The notes under the pieces are model-generated. The model saw nothing but the letters and a program-made list of their open reading frames with translations. It did no database searches and was not told the origin of the DNA. The position numbers were made by a program, and so were the translations under genes. A stretch of 35,356 bases of DNA, taken from contig LVLI01000372.1 in NCBI GenBank assembly GCA_001687465.1, positions 1-35,356 of the forward strand. Reading direction: 5' to 3'. This document shows positions 11,363 to 24,599 of the stretch, in pieces. The DNA is from Halocafeteria seosinensis. Its lineage: Eukaryota. Numbering within the stretch: the stretch's first letter is position 1; every line of letters starts with the position of its first letter.

Positions 11363-14300
11363 TTAGGTCCTTCGTTTCTTTAGAGGTAGCAACTGCTGTT
11401 CAGTCATTGTACCGAATTTCACACTGCGTAGCTCGATTGCAACTACAGCATATTGGCAGGGCATTGCTCTTGATAACCATACGCAGTCTGTGCGTAGCAG
11501 GTTGAATTTATTTTGCAAATGGGTTTCACCCAAGACTCCAGTTAGGCTTGTTAAACTCGCCCCGAACAGTCGTCCGTTCCCATCCCTGATACACGCATTA
11601 TGAATTGCAGAGTTTAACGCTGTACACCACGCATATACTTTCGCACGGTCTTCTTCGTTTAGTTCCTGCTCCCGCGGATCGTACAATGGCTGGGCAAGAC
11701 GACAGGCGAAAACCACAGAGCAACTGCTGCTTCTAATCAAAGCAGCTCCAGCAAGCGCACGAAGGCAATGTACGACAAACATAAACGAGCTCCTCATCCT
11801 ATTCCCGGCTTGAATGGCCGCATTTTCCATGTCTGTAGAAGGATATTCAAAGATAGGAGGTACAGTAACATCGTTGTCAGCAGAAGTATCAGTTACAGAG
11901 GCAGATGGTCGTGGGCGGTTATCCTGATGAGCTTCAGCATCCTCAGCTTGAGACACAGTCCACGTCCACCTCCAGTGGGGAGAGTCATTATCGCCGTGTG
12001 AATCGTTCATACTTGTGACAACCGGTACTGGCATCACTTCCGGAACCCAGTACGCTAAGCCACCGACCACAGAATTCGCGAGGTCGCGGATCGCCTCTGT
12101 CTCATTCTGCCATGTTCCCACCGTTCGGTTATCAAAACGGAAACTCTGACGTAAAAGGGATAGTGTTTTCTCAATATGGGCAGCATCAAACGATGCGTTG
12201 TCGTTGCTGGAGCAACCCTTCGTCGATGCGCGCAGGACCGAGGATATCTCCAACCATCGAATCAGTGCATGAACGGAACCGATTCGAACCACGGATCCTT
12301 CCGATCGACTATTGGAGGGCAAACAAGGCCATCCAAACAAAGAATGGTGCTTCAAGGCATCTACTTCCGGTAACGCCCTCACAGCCTCGGGGAGGTTGAG
12401 AGTCCAAACACTTTCCGTGCCGGAGGAGCATTGGGAGAAACAGCTAAGAATAAACCGTTCTAAAACATTGCAGACCGCAATAGCCGGATGCAACACTGAC
12501 GAATCAAATTTTGGGGGCGTAGCCAAAGAGTTAGAAGGCTCGTTTTCCATGTCAGTGTCATCTTGGAATGACAAATGTTTTGCAACGAGTTCACTTGGAT
12601 TGCGCTCAGTGAGGTGCTTTCCAATGGTGTCACTGTGCATGTCCAGACTGGTTCCTGCGACGCAAACCCCAAACAAAGAGTTTGATAGATGCTCATCCGT
12701 AGCTTGCAATTGCCATCGTTGCAATAATTTAGTATCTTGAACGACCAAAACTACTCCACTTGATTCTGTAGGCCTGGTTTGCTGTACCATGAGAAGCACG
12801 CGAAACGGCCATTCCCCCGTCTGCAATGGAATACGGTCACTTTCTGTGAAACACCATTTGTCGCGTAGGTTTTCTCGAATTTTGTCAGGGATAACCTTTC
12901 CAGTGACCTCTGCCGCTTGTTGCTCCATTGACATATCGCATTCAACGTTTTGCAGTGGCATCCATGCTGCAGGGCCTTTTAGCATATCGCAAAGATCCGT
13001 TGTAGAATCTTTGGAACTTTCTGACGCGCAATCAGAGGTGTGAACTGTGCTCACCATCCGTACGGAAACAAAATCGCACCATGGTTTCGATTGAGCTCTC
13101 TCACAAACCCATTCCACGGCGTTTTGCCATGCTGCATCCCTATCTCCCGAATCCTCCGCTGGCGCCGTATCCATTAAATGATACAGTTGATATTGCATGG
13201 ATGATATATCAAAGCCTTGTCCAAGCGTCTGCTCAAAGGCTTTCCACATACATCGTATCCATGCGCTGGGACTCGCCAAAACTTTCTCACCGATATTTCC
13301 CTTAAAGACAATATCGGCACAGGGTATACTCATCTTACGAACACTACGCTCCTGCAACTCGTTCTGGTCCTCCCATTGAAGTTCAAATTGGCACGATATA
13401 CTTGAGAGCTTAGAACTACTTCGTTGCTGACCTGGATTCAACTTTGATCCAATGGCAACTAGTGGCCGAGGAGGAGGAGGAAGGCGAGCTCCCTCCCCGT
13501 GAGTAGCGTATTGAAGAAGCTCATTTGCCGTGCGCAAACGCGGTTGCGTTTTGTGAGTCATCTGTACACCTGAAGGTGGTTCGCTGGTCGTGCATCTGTC
13601 TTCTGCAGGCACCCTCACTTTCGGTAGGCTTAGCGACGTTTCGTCAGGTTGAGCGGAGCTTTCTGCAGTAGTCTCAAGTGAACTACCCAGAGAGCTTGCA
13701 ACAGGAGATTCTGAAACGCCTTTTCCATTGACTTTAGGCGGAGCAGAATGGGATGCTTGGGCGGATGGTCCTTCCTTCGCTGGAGTAACAGTATACGTAA
13801 GCGTGTCCGAATCGACCTGCTGAGATGTGGGGTTGCTAGAAGAATCTGCTGCCGCAATAGAGGGTTGAGTAGTGGGTGGACTTGCAAGTCCCAGTGAACC
13901 ACGCAATGCTTCTTCGCGCTCCTCTTGTTGTGCAGCTGTGTTGTTCAAAATCTCCTGAATCTTTATGCCAGCAAGTTTCTTCTTGCTCCTTCTCCTTCCT
14001 TCGGCCGTCATGTGCCAAAGCATTGTATCAATAAGCTGAATGGGAGTAACACCTTGGAGCTCCCCTACCACAAGGCCATCACCGGTATATGGATGAACAG
14101 TACCCCGCTGGCAAGGCGACAGTCCGGCTTCACATAAGAACTCCACCACGCTTGGTTGCAAATGATGCACAGCGTGCAACAGTGGATGGCAAGTCTCATC
14201 GGGTGCCATTCGAAGCAACTCCATTGTCATTTGAGGTTTCCATAGTCCTTTCAATCTGGACAAATCCCCACTCTGGCACGCCCGTACCAGAGGTTTATAG

Positions 14301-14712
14301 CGCGGTGGGACTGCGCAGCCCGAGAGCATTGGTCCAAGCAGAAAACATAAACTTCGTTGACACTGCCGAGGCACTTACCTGGTTTGGGCGAGTACATTTT
14401 TGGAGCCCCTTCGGCATCTTCTTGAGGCTGTAGAGGTGTAGCCGCCGTTCCAGGAGGAGGGGAGCCCGAAGGGGACTGAAAGGAGGCAGCCCCTGCGCGC
14501 TCCTCAGATCCTTTTTGCTGCTTCATGGGTGTTTTCGAGACAGATGACGGAGGATCTCTTTCCTCACTCTGTTTCTGAGGCGATTCATTCTGCTGAGACT
14601 CGCCCCTGCACTGCTCGTCCATTGTCTTTCCAGATACGGCGTCTTGTCCTTTCCTGCTTGTAGTCTTGTTCGTGCGTGTGGGGTCAGCATACGATGTATA
14701 TGTCTCCTCCAT
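11363..14712 (-). CDS. Large hypothetical protein, about 1100 aa, with N-terminal ankyrin-like repeats
   Basis: Exon 1 from ATG 14712 (MEETYTSY...), intron 14378-14311, then the 1003-codon ORF. PLVRACQSGDLSRLKGL and PLLHAVHHLQPSVVEFLCEAG resemble ankyrin repeats; a Ser/Pro-rich linker and an unrecognised globular-looking C-terminal region follow. Confidence 0.8.
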
Positions 14713-15537
14713 CCTTCCAAGGATAAATGAGAGTGTGACAAACTCTAATCTTGTTCTGCTCAATTTCTTCTACGTATCCACCGCATGCCTATTCTAAACA
14801 ACCCCATTTCATTTTCAAAATGTGCCTGTCGTCGTTAACTGTGCTTCAAATGTTCAAACGAACGGCATTTGAATTTTTGACCTTACTTTCCAGTCTGAGA
14901 ACCCTTCGATGTAGTAGCTGGAAAGAGGTGGAACTTACAGGATGTAGATGGAACATAAATGGAATGTACGCATGTGAACTGATATTAACCAGAAATTACA
15001 CGCTATTATTGTATCAACTCCTTGTGTCACGTCACACCGTACCACCAACAATTCCGAGGAAGTGGAAGGAAAAGTTTCTTGGTGGGGATTCTGCAAGCAA
15101 CAGAGCCACTACAAATGTTGGTGATTCGACCGCCAAAGACATGTCAATTTTGAGTGGAGTTTCTTTGGACTCTGCATGACGCGCGATTCGCTCAGCAGAT
15201 TGCGGATTTAACCCTTTTGACCGTACAATCTTTCTTTGTCTTCGAAATTGCCTGGTTACGATGGAGTCTGAGTCTTTCCATGGCTTATTAATAGCCGAGC
15301 GTGGTGCATTTCAATGTTTGAAATGCACATATGCTTTCGCAATCGAAAGCCACAGTATATGATATCGATAAGGAACTCTCGTATCCCAAGGAACGCCGTC
15401 AAAGCTTACCCTGCTCGCCCCAACATCACTTCCTGTGTAGTGTGTGTTATAAAGGGTGTTCCCTCAATCTAGCCGGGGTAGTGGTTAGACGAGTTCGTCT
15501 GAGAACTAGTGAAACTGACAGAACGAGATAGTTGACG

Positions 15538-16920
15538 ATGCCTTCTGGATTCCGCCAGCTAGTGGCGTGGAGGAGGACAAGCTTGCATGGGTCATTGCTT
15601 TGCGTAAGAGCAACCACGCCTACGCAGTGTTTCCTTAAGGCCCCTTCACGGGCAATTGGAGGATTCGTGGGTCCTGTGACAAGACAATGGATGTCTACAA
15701 CAGGAAGTGGTGATAACGCCGATGCCAGCGATTCGGGACGCCCCAAAAATGCCCAAACGGGGAAGAAGAAAGCAACGAAGATGGATCATAAGCGTAAAGG
15801 AACTCACGCAATGGGTTATTTACGTGGAGGATATACGCAAGGGAAAAAGGATTACAAATATAAAGTAAACGACGATGGAACTCCTGAATTGGAAGATATC
15901 CGAGACGATTCGTCCATTAGTCAGGCTATAGAAGACCTTCAATTAGGTGAAGCCTATGAAGGCGCTGCGGACCATATGAAAGCACGTGATGAAGGCGAAG
16001 CCAACGAAAAGGCTTCTACAGGACGAAAACGAAAGGAAGGCCTCTCAGCGCGCTCATTCGACGAGGGAGGAGCTTCAGAAGATGAAGGTAAAGACCCGTT
16101 TGACCGTGTAGCTCCAGAAGATATAGGACGAGAAAGGAGGAAAGTTTCCGATGTCGGGAACGAAAATTTTAGGGATAGATTGTTGAGCGATAAACGCTAC
16201 ATGCGACAGGCTGGAATGCACGGTGTGTCCGACTCAGAAGATTGGCCAGAGGAAGAGAAACACGTGCGAAGCATGCCCATGTGGATGATGTGGCACTATG
16301 CTCGTTCAGAGCTTGATAGTGAGGTCGAGCAGTCACACAGCGAGAGGAAAAGCGCCAAGGTACGATTGCTTGTTATTTTCTCTTCTTTTTGTGTACTTAA
16401 CATAGTGTGGTATATAATGCTGATTGCCTCTCCAGCCAACTGCCTTAGTGAATTTACCTATGCGCGACAGCAAGGATAGAGCGTACGCTACCGGCCGAAG
16501 AAAAACTTCTACCGCTCGTGTGTGGGTCAAGGCTGGAGATGGAGGCTTCACTGTTAATGGTATGCCTTTGGCGTACTATTTTTCTGGCCTTGAAGAAAGG
16601 AAGCACAGCATGTTTCCTCTTATCGTCCTCGAGGCATGTGGAGGTTTCGATGTTATGTGTACTGTAAAAGGAGGGGGTTTTAGCGGCCAAGCGGGTGCCA
16701 TCAAGCATGGTCTTGCGCGAGCACTTGCTAAGTATGACCCCTACTTAAAGCCCACCATGAAGCAATGTACGTATCCTGATTGGAAATCTCATGTGGTCTA
16801 CGAACTTTAGACGTTCCCCTTGCTGCAGATCAATTGCTTAAGCGGGACCCTCGAATGGTTGAGAGAAAGAAACCAGGGCAAGCCAAGGCCAGGAAGAAAT
16901 TTACTTGGGTGAAGAGGTAG
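15538..16920 (+). CDS. MRPS9: Mitochondrial ribosomal protein uS9m with long N-terminal extension
   Basis: Arg/Ser-rich, acid-poor targeting peptide; introns 16360-16435 and 16767-16828; uS9 core [35 protein letters not shown] and C-terminal [28 protein letters not shown]. Confidence 0.95.
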
Positions 16921-17000
16921 ATGTGCTCATAGGGGATTGAATAATAGCAACCTAATCATTCAGAGCATCCGCTTATGTACTCATATTCTTTACATTTTAT

Positions 17001-19506
17001 TCAACCGTTAACTTGGAGCTGCTCCACCTTTGAGTTGCTGCACTGTCGGCTAAATGCAGAAGAACGAGACCGAGGACTGCTCAAGTTCACGCTTGCCGAA
17101 GGCGATTGTTCACAATTTTCAACAGGAAGACTGAGATTCAATGAAGAAGCTTTCTTCCCTTCTACTCGATGATCACTAGAGAGGCTACACTTATTGGACA
17201 CCTCCGACGGACAGGCAGACAAGACATCGCTCTGACGCTCTACAGAATGCATATATTCCACAGTCCTCCCATCATTATCCACAAAGTTGGAGCTCTTTCG
17301 CCCCATAGACAACCAGAGGTCGCTCTTCGATAGATCAACAATTCGTTGACTGTCCTGTACTGTATGCTCCGTGTTTGGGAGCACTTGGTCGTTGACGCTG
17401 TTCAACGCAGACGCCCTAGACGTCCCGATATGATCCCGACTAGCAGTGCCCCTCGACGCGTCCGGTCTCTTCTTTCCACTGGCCGGTCTGCAAAACGAGG
17501 GCAATAATGTCAAACGCTTAAGACCGTGAAGTAATACGACTCAAGCGAGCAGTGTATACCTTTTCGCAACACGCTTACTGCGTGTGGAAGCACCTTGCGG
17601 TCTTACTCGTGGCGTAGCAGCAGACAATTCTTCCCGAGGCACTTCCTTTGTCTTCTTCTTCCATTGTCTGCAGTGTTTTTACCGTTATTGAAATCAGTCA
17701 AACAGTTAGAAGAGCTTCAATCTTACATGTTTTTCTTAGGTGCCTTTGAAGGTTTTGTTCCAGTACTGCGCTTTGAGGACTGGAAGAGAGAAGTAGATAC
17801 TTTCCCTTTGAGGGCGCCCCGGCTAGAACCGCGTTGCCTTGTGGGTTCAGCACTACGATGCCGCGTTTTCTCTAACGTCTTATCTTCAGCCGGCGTTACG
17901 TCTCTCACGCGGTTTGATTCGCTTCTTGGTTGGGTTACGTTGTCATCTGAATATATAAGGCCTTTCACCATGTCAGCGGGATAAAGCCGATATCGGACAG
18001 GAGGCTCGAGCGATGAGCTGGGCTCATCACCTTCAAAATCGGCACTCTCCTCCAACGTCGATTCTATAGTGTCCATTGACATATCACTGTCACATTCATC
18101 AATGTTCCCCTCCAGTTCTTTGATAGGAGCCTCAGCTCCGCCATGAAGAGAGCGCTCGGCTTCGGGTGTACATGGGCCATCTCTTCCGATAGAGTCCTGA
18201 AATGCCAACGGACATGGTTTTTAACTCATCATTGTGCACACTACAAGTGCTGTCATACATACAGATATAGCAGGTGCGACGCTATTCTCGTCATAATAAT
18301 CACTCGGAAATGCCGGATCTGAATCTCCCCCGGATAGTTCCTGAAGCAAGATACCAAGAGTACTAGTAAACGCACCCCTGCCCCACAGTCACGCAATTAG
18401 TGAATACATACCACCTCTTCATCATTCTTTCCACTAATCTCCTGAAGCTTGCGTGAAGAAACTGAAGCTAAAGACATTCGTCGGTAGTTCTCAGCGAATG
18501 AGCCGCCTAAAGCGTCGTTGAGTCCGCAGACGAAATTGTCAAAAGTACTGCCGTCACAGGAATCAAATTGATTCTGTGCATCACTTTCATTCCAGCGATC
18601 CGCTACTTGACGTAAAACGGTGGCTACATCTGATGTCGGCAGCGAGTGTTGACGTTGCCATTCACTGATCCTTGCCGCTAACACACGTCGCGCCTCGTCT
18701 TCTACCTCTGCAGACTCTGAATTGCCCGTCGCTGACATCGACACAGGACGAAGTGGGTGCGGCTGTACAATACTCTCGCTCGGAGCCCCGCCAACATCAT
18801 TCCCAAAGTCGCTGCTTTCCTGTGCGCCCTCCTCCGGTGACTGACCGTTCAATTCTCGTGAGCTGCTCCGCCTCTCTTCAGGTTCTGCTGAAGCCTCTTC
18901 ATTCTGCGCTTGACCAAAACACCTTGGTATATTGGCGAAGCAGACTTCCTGTTGCTGCCGTTCAATACGCTTCGGGTCCATCGAACTCATTGCTCTCATG
19001 TCGGCATCAGTCATGTGAATGCTCGCACCTCCTTCATCGCTGCGCGAGTGGTCATGGAGTCCACTCCTGCTTTTATTGCTGCCCCTCCGTTGCGCCCCAG
19101 TGGGTGTCCGGCGCTTCCGATTACCTGGTGCATTTTCGCCACTCTTGGGGAATCGACCGCTAGCGCTAAGGAAATATCGGTCCCGCTCTTCTTGGTCAGA
19201 AGCTCCTCGATTTCCGGAAGTAGGCGCAAGGTTTGGGGGAGATCTGGGTATATGGGCGATCCACAGAGTGAGATTGTTCAGACCTGATCTATTAGTCAAG
19301 TCTATAAGGACTTACGTGGTTTGCTGTCTTCTCTGTATAGGGGAGCCAACCCCGCCATTTGTTAGCCGTGTCACATTAGTAGCCCTACCTGTGTTGTGAG
19401 ACTGGGATGACGGCCTTCTCCTCGTTCTATCTCGTCCAGCTACGCCAGCACTGCTGGATGGCCTCTCATGGCCAGAATTTCCTTCATTGTTAGAATGGGG
19501 TTGCAT
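17001..19506 (-). CDS. Hypothetical low-complexity Ser/Arg/Glu-rich protein (about 6 exons)
   Basis: ORF pieces 19312-19506, 18397-19299, 17723-18208 and 17001-17513 plus two short internal exons (about 18340-18263 and 17667-17560) are joined in frame by GT-AG introns; in-frame stop just upstream of ATG 19506. No domain recognised. Confidence 0.7.
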
Positions 19507-21572
19507 TTTGAGTCCTTATCAATGACGTGGAACCTGCTGAAACATCCAACAAACCTGGTCAGATTGGCTGAGGATAATACTGTCGGTGTCGAGCTAACGT
19601 CTATGGAGTTGTCAGAGAGGCATTTCCGATAAAAAGCCTGGCACGAGGCAAAGCAACAAAGGACTCACTATACCACATTATAAACTGAGCGGAGAACAGG
19701 ACATCCGGGTTCTTTGCTGCCGGTCCGGGAGCAGAAGTAGCCAGCGTCCTCCTCTTCCTCCCGGGTTCTTTTTGTTCTCATGCCGGCGTTGCGCCACTAT
19801 AAACTTACACACAATACTTACACAACTCAGGATGAAGCGCATATAGCAATTGGGCGGTGTAACACGACCACTCGTAGAAGCAGTGGAGAAAATGGGGACC
19901 TGATAAAGCGTGTAGAACTCCTCTGTTAAAGCCGGGCTTCCGCTTGGATATCACCCCCGACCACAGCTAAAGTTGCTGGAGAAAATATAGCAACAATATA
20001 CATGCACAAGTTTGCTTTGAGAATATGATCTAGCATACACTATCATCAACGCTTCATTTCAAACTAGCAAAAAATGGAATACTACAAGAATTTCGCCGCC
20101 TCGTTTTCCGCCGTGTTTTGAAATGGCCTCAAGGGTTCAACCTCAAAAGATATGCAGCGTGGCGGAGATCGGTGTTTTCCGCGGTGAGAACGCTTCCGGC
20201 ATGCTGCACACTTCACATAGATGCATTTCCAATACCTACTGTTGTAATCATAAATCAAATGAGTACGGTTATGGCATTTTGCATGTTTCTCAAGTAAAAA
20301 TTTATTTGCAGAGTTGTTGTACCGGTGTCGTACAATGTTGTGCAATGTACAACCTGTTTGACATTTCAGGAGAGCAGTGTCACTACCGCTGGACGTACCG
20401 TAATAGACGGATGTCGACTTCTCTCGTGGATGTATTGCCCTAGACGGAATTTGTAGAGCCTTCGTCTTTCGAAGACTTGTCCTATGGTTGACTCGACTCA
20501 CAACTCTAGTCACAAGTGGCGATAAAATGTGTATGGGGTACTGTTTGGGAGAACTTAGTGACAAAAGACATATATTATACAGCTACGCATTTAGAAAGCA
20601 AGAAACTGATACTACCTTGTTCGTGCGACGCAGTATACACTCGGATAGACTGCGAGGGGTGACTCTCCATCTCAGTGACCACAGAGGTCAATAGCCTACA
20701 CGTACATCGTACAAACCGAACCAAAGGTACAGTGCAATGTATGTTGTACCGTATGGTGCGCACAAACCTCTACCACATAGAACACAGTTGGATAATAAAG
20801 TGCAAAGCGCCGACGAATGAACGTTGAAAGACTCCACCATCAGGCTGCATCAGCCCCAGGAAACTGAAACTATTCAAAGCACAACCGTTGTGACGTCTCC
20901 AAAAGGGGCACATCAAATTATTGAATACTGATAGTGTCTCTATGGAAACCCGACAACTGCTCTGAGGCTTTATCTTTTACTGGGATTCCTGGATTCCAGG
21001 GATTCTTTACATGTACTTCCTTGGTGCTGAGTTGGTGCGAGTCCTTAAATCCGCACCCTCCAGCCAGTGGCCCAGCATGTCTGGTACCTGGTATGCTCCC
21101 GCACCATTACTCATAACTGGACGGTTCAAGCAGCTTTTCTCTCTAGCAAGGAGCATGAGGCATTCCAACTTCCAGAAGTCCAAGCCAACCATTCCATTCG
21201 CCATACATATGTATATTCCTAGTTGCCCTTTTGCACTCCTGACGCACCTGCAGGCAACGAATGGTTAGAAGATTCTCCAACATTCCCAGGCTTGAAAACT
21301 CTTCTAGAAAACGATTCTTACTCAAGGACGTCCTTGAGTGGTGAACTTCAACTTTTCCCATAAAGGAACTTAACGCTTGTGACGTTGGCCAGTGGCTAGG
21401 CTTTTCTGTTTTGTTGTATTATCCGATATTAAAACTAGACTGTGCCTTTGTTGAGCGTGTCTTAGTGGCGGGCATGGCTACCCACACGACGAGTGTACCT
21501 GCTGTCGTAGCACTGACATAGTATAGAATGTGTTAGAACGAACACCCACGAGGAACACGGACTACAACAGAC

Positions 21573-24352
21573 ATGAATATGCAGTCGTCCCGTTTTCCGG
21601 AGGAGAACAGCGATGGTTCGACGCACCAATATAATGACGAAAGGAATGATTCTGGTAGCCATCATGACAGGGAACTAAGTGCACCCCCAGCGGGCAACGT
21701 TGATAACAGTACACCGCCGCGGACCAATCAATCTGGGGGATCGGCAGACGAGACAGACTATGACGGCACTAAGCCTAGAATCACCGACGAGGAGAATCAA
21801 AATACTGATGATGAACAGTCGAATTCAGCAGAGGAGAACGATGTGTCCGAACAGCGTGGAGAACTCACCGACAAGAAGCAAAAAAAGTGGAGAACAAAAA
21901 AGTTCCGACCTACCAGCAGGAGGTTTAGGAAGCCTACCACTTCAGCAACCAACAGAACGTCCAGTAGTAACATGACTAGTCGGGAATCCGAAGAAGCAGA
22001 TACGACGATGGATGCAACAAAGAATGCCCGAAAGAAGAAAAAGAAAATCCCTCCCATGGAACCGTTAGTTGTGGAACAGTTATACAATATGCCAAGAAAG
22101 AGATATGATAGACTGCAGCGTCGGAAAGGAGGGCTTCCATTAAGCCCAAGAACTGCAGAAGCATGTCTCGCAGAAGGTGAGTTTGGATGTTCTTAATTAA
22201 GTAATTCAGCTTTCTACTTGTAAAGTGTGCGTGAATTTCTTCCAGGTGTGGATCCTAGAGATCTGACGGAAGTGCCAATGGACTATTTCGCCCGAGGAAC
22301 GCTGAAAACACCACAACAAGGCGGAGAGTTTGGAGCGGGGGATTTGATAGACGTTGGTCAGCTCAGATGGCAGGCGTATGAAAGACGCCGAGAAAAAAGG
22401 TTACAAGATGTTCAGCGCGGACGCGATGAACTTGTAATGGATGATAAGCGAACCCATTGGATGGGAAACATTACAAACAAGATAACGAAGGATGTGGATG
22501 CCAATTCTCTTCGTCTGTATAGATTAGAAGACGCAGCTGCTAACGAATTAGAAGACCTTGAGAAGACAGCTAAACTAGAGCTGCGGAAATTTGACAACAT
22601 TTTAAAAGAAGAAAAGCAGAAACGGAAACAGAAAGAGATAGCATCAAAAAAGGAAAAGCAAACTGAAGAGGCGAGGAAAGCAGGACAATATTCCCAGCAC
22701 TCCCAGGCTCAGGAAAGAGAAATTAGCGGAAAGGATCAAGAAACAAAAAAGCGTCAAGTAGACGAGAGCGTGAGACATCGCGAGATGTTAATAGACAAAA
22801 TGGCGAAAGACAAGCAAGAACGTGCTCAGATGTTACTTCAAAAACAGGAAGAAGACCGTCGCATCGCTATGGAAAGAGCCGCCCAACGAAGAGAGGAAAA
22901 GCTAGCTGCCATTGAAAAGCAGAAAGAGAGAGAAGAACGCCAAAGACGCCGGCAACAAGCAGCTTGGGAGCAAGAAAAACTGGATGAGTCGGAAGAAGTG
23001 CAAGCGGGATTGAACGAGGAAAGGCGAAGGCTGAAAGCGGAGCAACAAGAGAAGGCAAAAGTACGCAATTTAACATTAACACTAATGTATCTCCGTCTGC
23101 GGTATTTCGTATAAGCATGTAAATGTGCAGATGGCGGAGAGACGTCGCGAAAGAGCTCAAGAGAGGGCGGTATTGGTTAGGGAACAAAAGGAAGAGGAAC
23201 TGAAAGAAAAATTGAGGGAAGGAGAAGAAAAAGCTCAGCGGATGAAAGAAAAACTGGCGCGGATGCGAGAAGAAGACGCCGAATACAAACGGCAGCTTCA
23301 TGAGAAACGGATGCAAACCAAAATGATGGTTGAGGAGTCCGATTTCCAACGCCGACAGGAACTAGCAGATAGAATCAATATAGTAAGTTATTCTATTTTG
23401 AACTGCCTCGCATCCATTTGTACCACGGATACGTCACATCTGGTAACAGGAAAACATGATTACATATCAGATGAAGCAAAATAAAGAAAGAGAAATGGAG
23501 ATTGCCCGTGAGAGGGCAAAACTGGAAGAAGAGGAACGCCAGGAGAAGAGAGAGCAAATGCAACGCCGCGAGGAATACAGGAAAGCTCAAGAATATCTTA
23601 AAGTGTCCCACAAGATTGAACGCTCAAATGCGATTGTGGAGTCAAAGAGAACATCAGTACAAAAGAAAGCGGATATTGCACGCCACGCTCAAGTCCTGAG
23701 AGAAAAACTGACGAAAATGAGTGAAGATTTAAAGATCCAAGGAGGACTGACATCACCCAAGAAGCTTCGGCAAGCTAAAGCGGAATTGAAAAAATTGATC
23801 CAGTCCTCAAAGCGCTCACTACTCCAGTATGCGTCCTTTAATTCACCCACTGCGTCTTCGAAAGAGGGAACGTTACCCGGAGTATCCGCTGCGGAAACCA
23901 TGTCGACCAAAGATCTGCAAATGATTCTCGCCTCAACACGTCAAAGCGGCGAGAGTGGTACTCCTGAAAGAAGGCGCTTACCACAGTTGCAAAGCCCAGG
24001 AAGTCAACTAAGGCAGAAGAAGAAGAAAAAGCGTAAGCCAAAATACGAAACGGAACGGGAATCTGCCCCTTCTAGTCCTCCCGAATTTCGAACAAATTTC
24101 ACGACGGATATGCCCCCGGAGTATAGCCAGATCCCGAATTCCATTGAGTTGATCACCCAGAAAGACCATGAAAAACCCGATTTCATGTCTCCTATGCGTG
24201 CTGATGTACGGGAATCAAACGATGGTTTTGCACATACAACCTCCTGGGGACACACTGGCCACGACGAGGGGGCACATAAGTCTATGTTTGAAGAAGTACG
24301 AGTCGAGGCATTAGCGCATATAGGAGGGCATTCCACTGGAAACGAACGATAG
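21573..24352 (+). CDS. Long coiled-coil protein, CCDC177/CCDC185 (DUF4659)-like
   Basis: Introns 22177-22245, 23061-23130 and 23383-23470. The spliced motif LSPRTAEACLAEGVDPRDL followed by WQAYERRREKRLQDVQRGRDEL resembles the SPRSxxAC...YExxRxxxL motif I recall from CCDC177-like proteins; an extended E/K/R/Q-rich helical region follows. The 3' end is uncertain (possible donor near 24297). Confidence 0.75.
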
Positions 24353-24599
24353 CAAAATTCAGAAACTCGTGTTAATTATTGCTCGACTACGGCATAATTA
24401 ACAGATCCTTAAGTGCACATTGGACTAATCAGGTTGCACTCCATTCCTTGGCCCGGTATCCCTGTTGTCTCCTATGAGACAACACACTATGGCACGTTGT
24501 CCACTCTCTTCGTCATGGTCAGCTCTTGTACCTTATGACCCGAGGCCCTTGTTTGTGTCTTCGGCAAGCAATGCCTGGGAATTCCTGAGTAGGGCAGAA

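Noticed and set aside
14751..15179. 142-aa ORF in the divergent promoter region
   Set aside because: Non-ATG start, no homology cues; likely UTR or promoter sequence.
16771..16778. GTATCCTG resembling a U12-type (minor) intron donor in uS9m
   Set aside because: Using it frameshifts the conserved C-terminus; the canonical GTACGT donor 4 nt upstream gives the correct frame.
18225..18235. Box C-like ATGATGA inside an intron of the minus-strand low-complexity gene
   Set aside because: No box D (CTGA) downstream within the intron, which is too short to host a snoRNA.
19705..19771. 11-nt direct repeat CCGGGTTCTTT
   Set aside because: Only two copies, no terminal inverted repeats between them; not a CRISPR array or a convincing target-site duplication.
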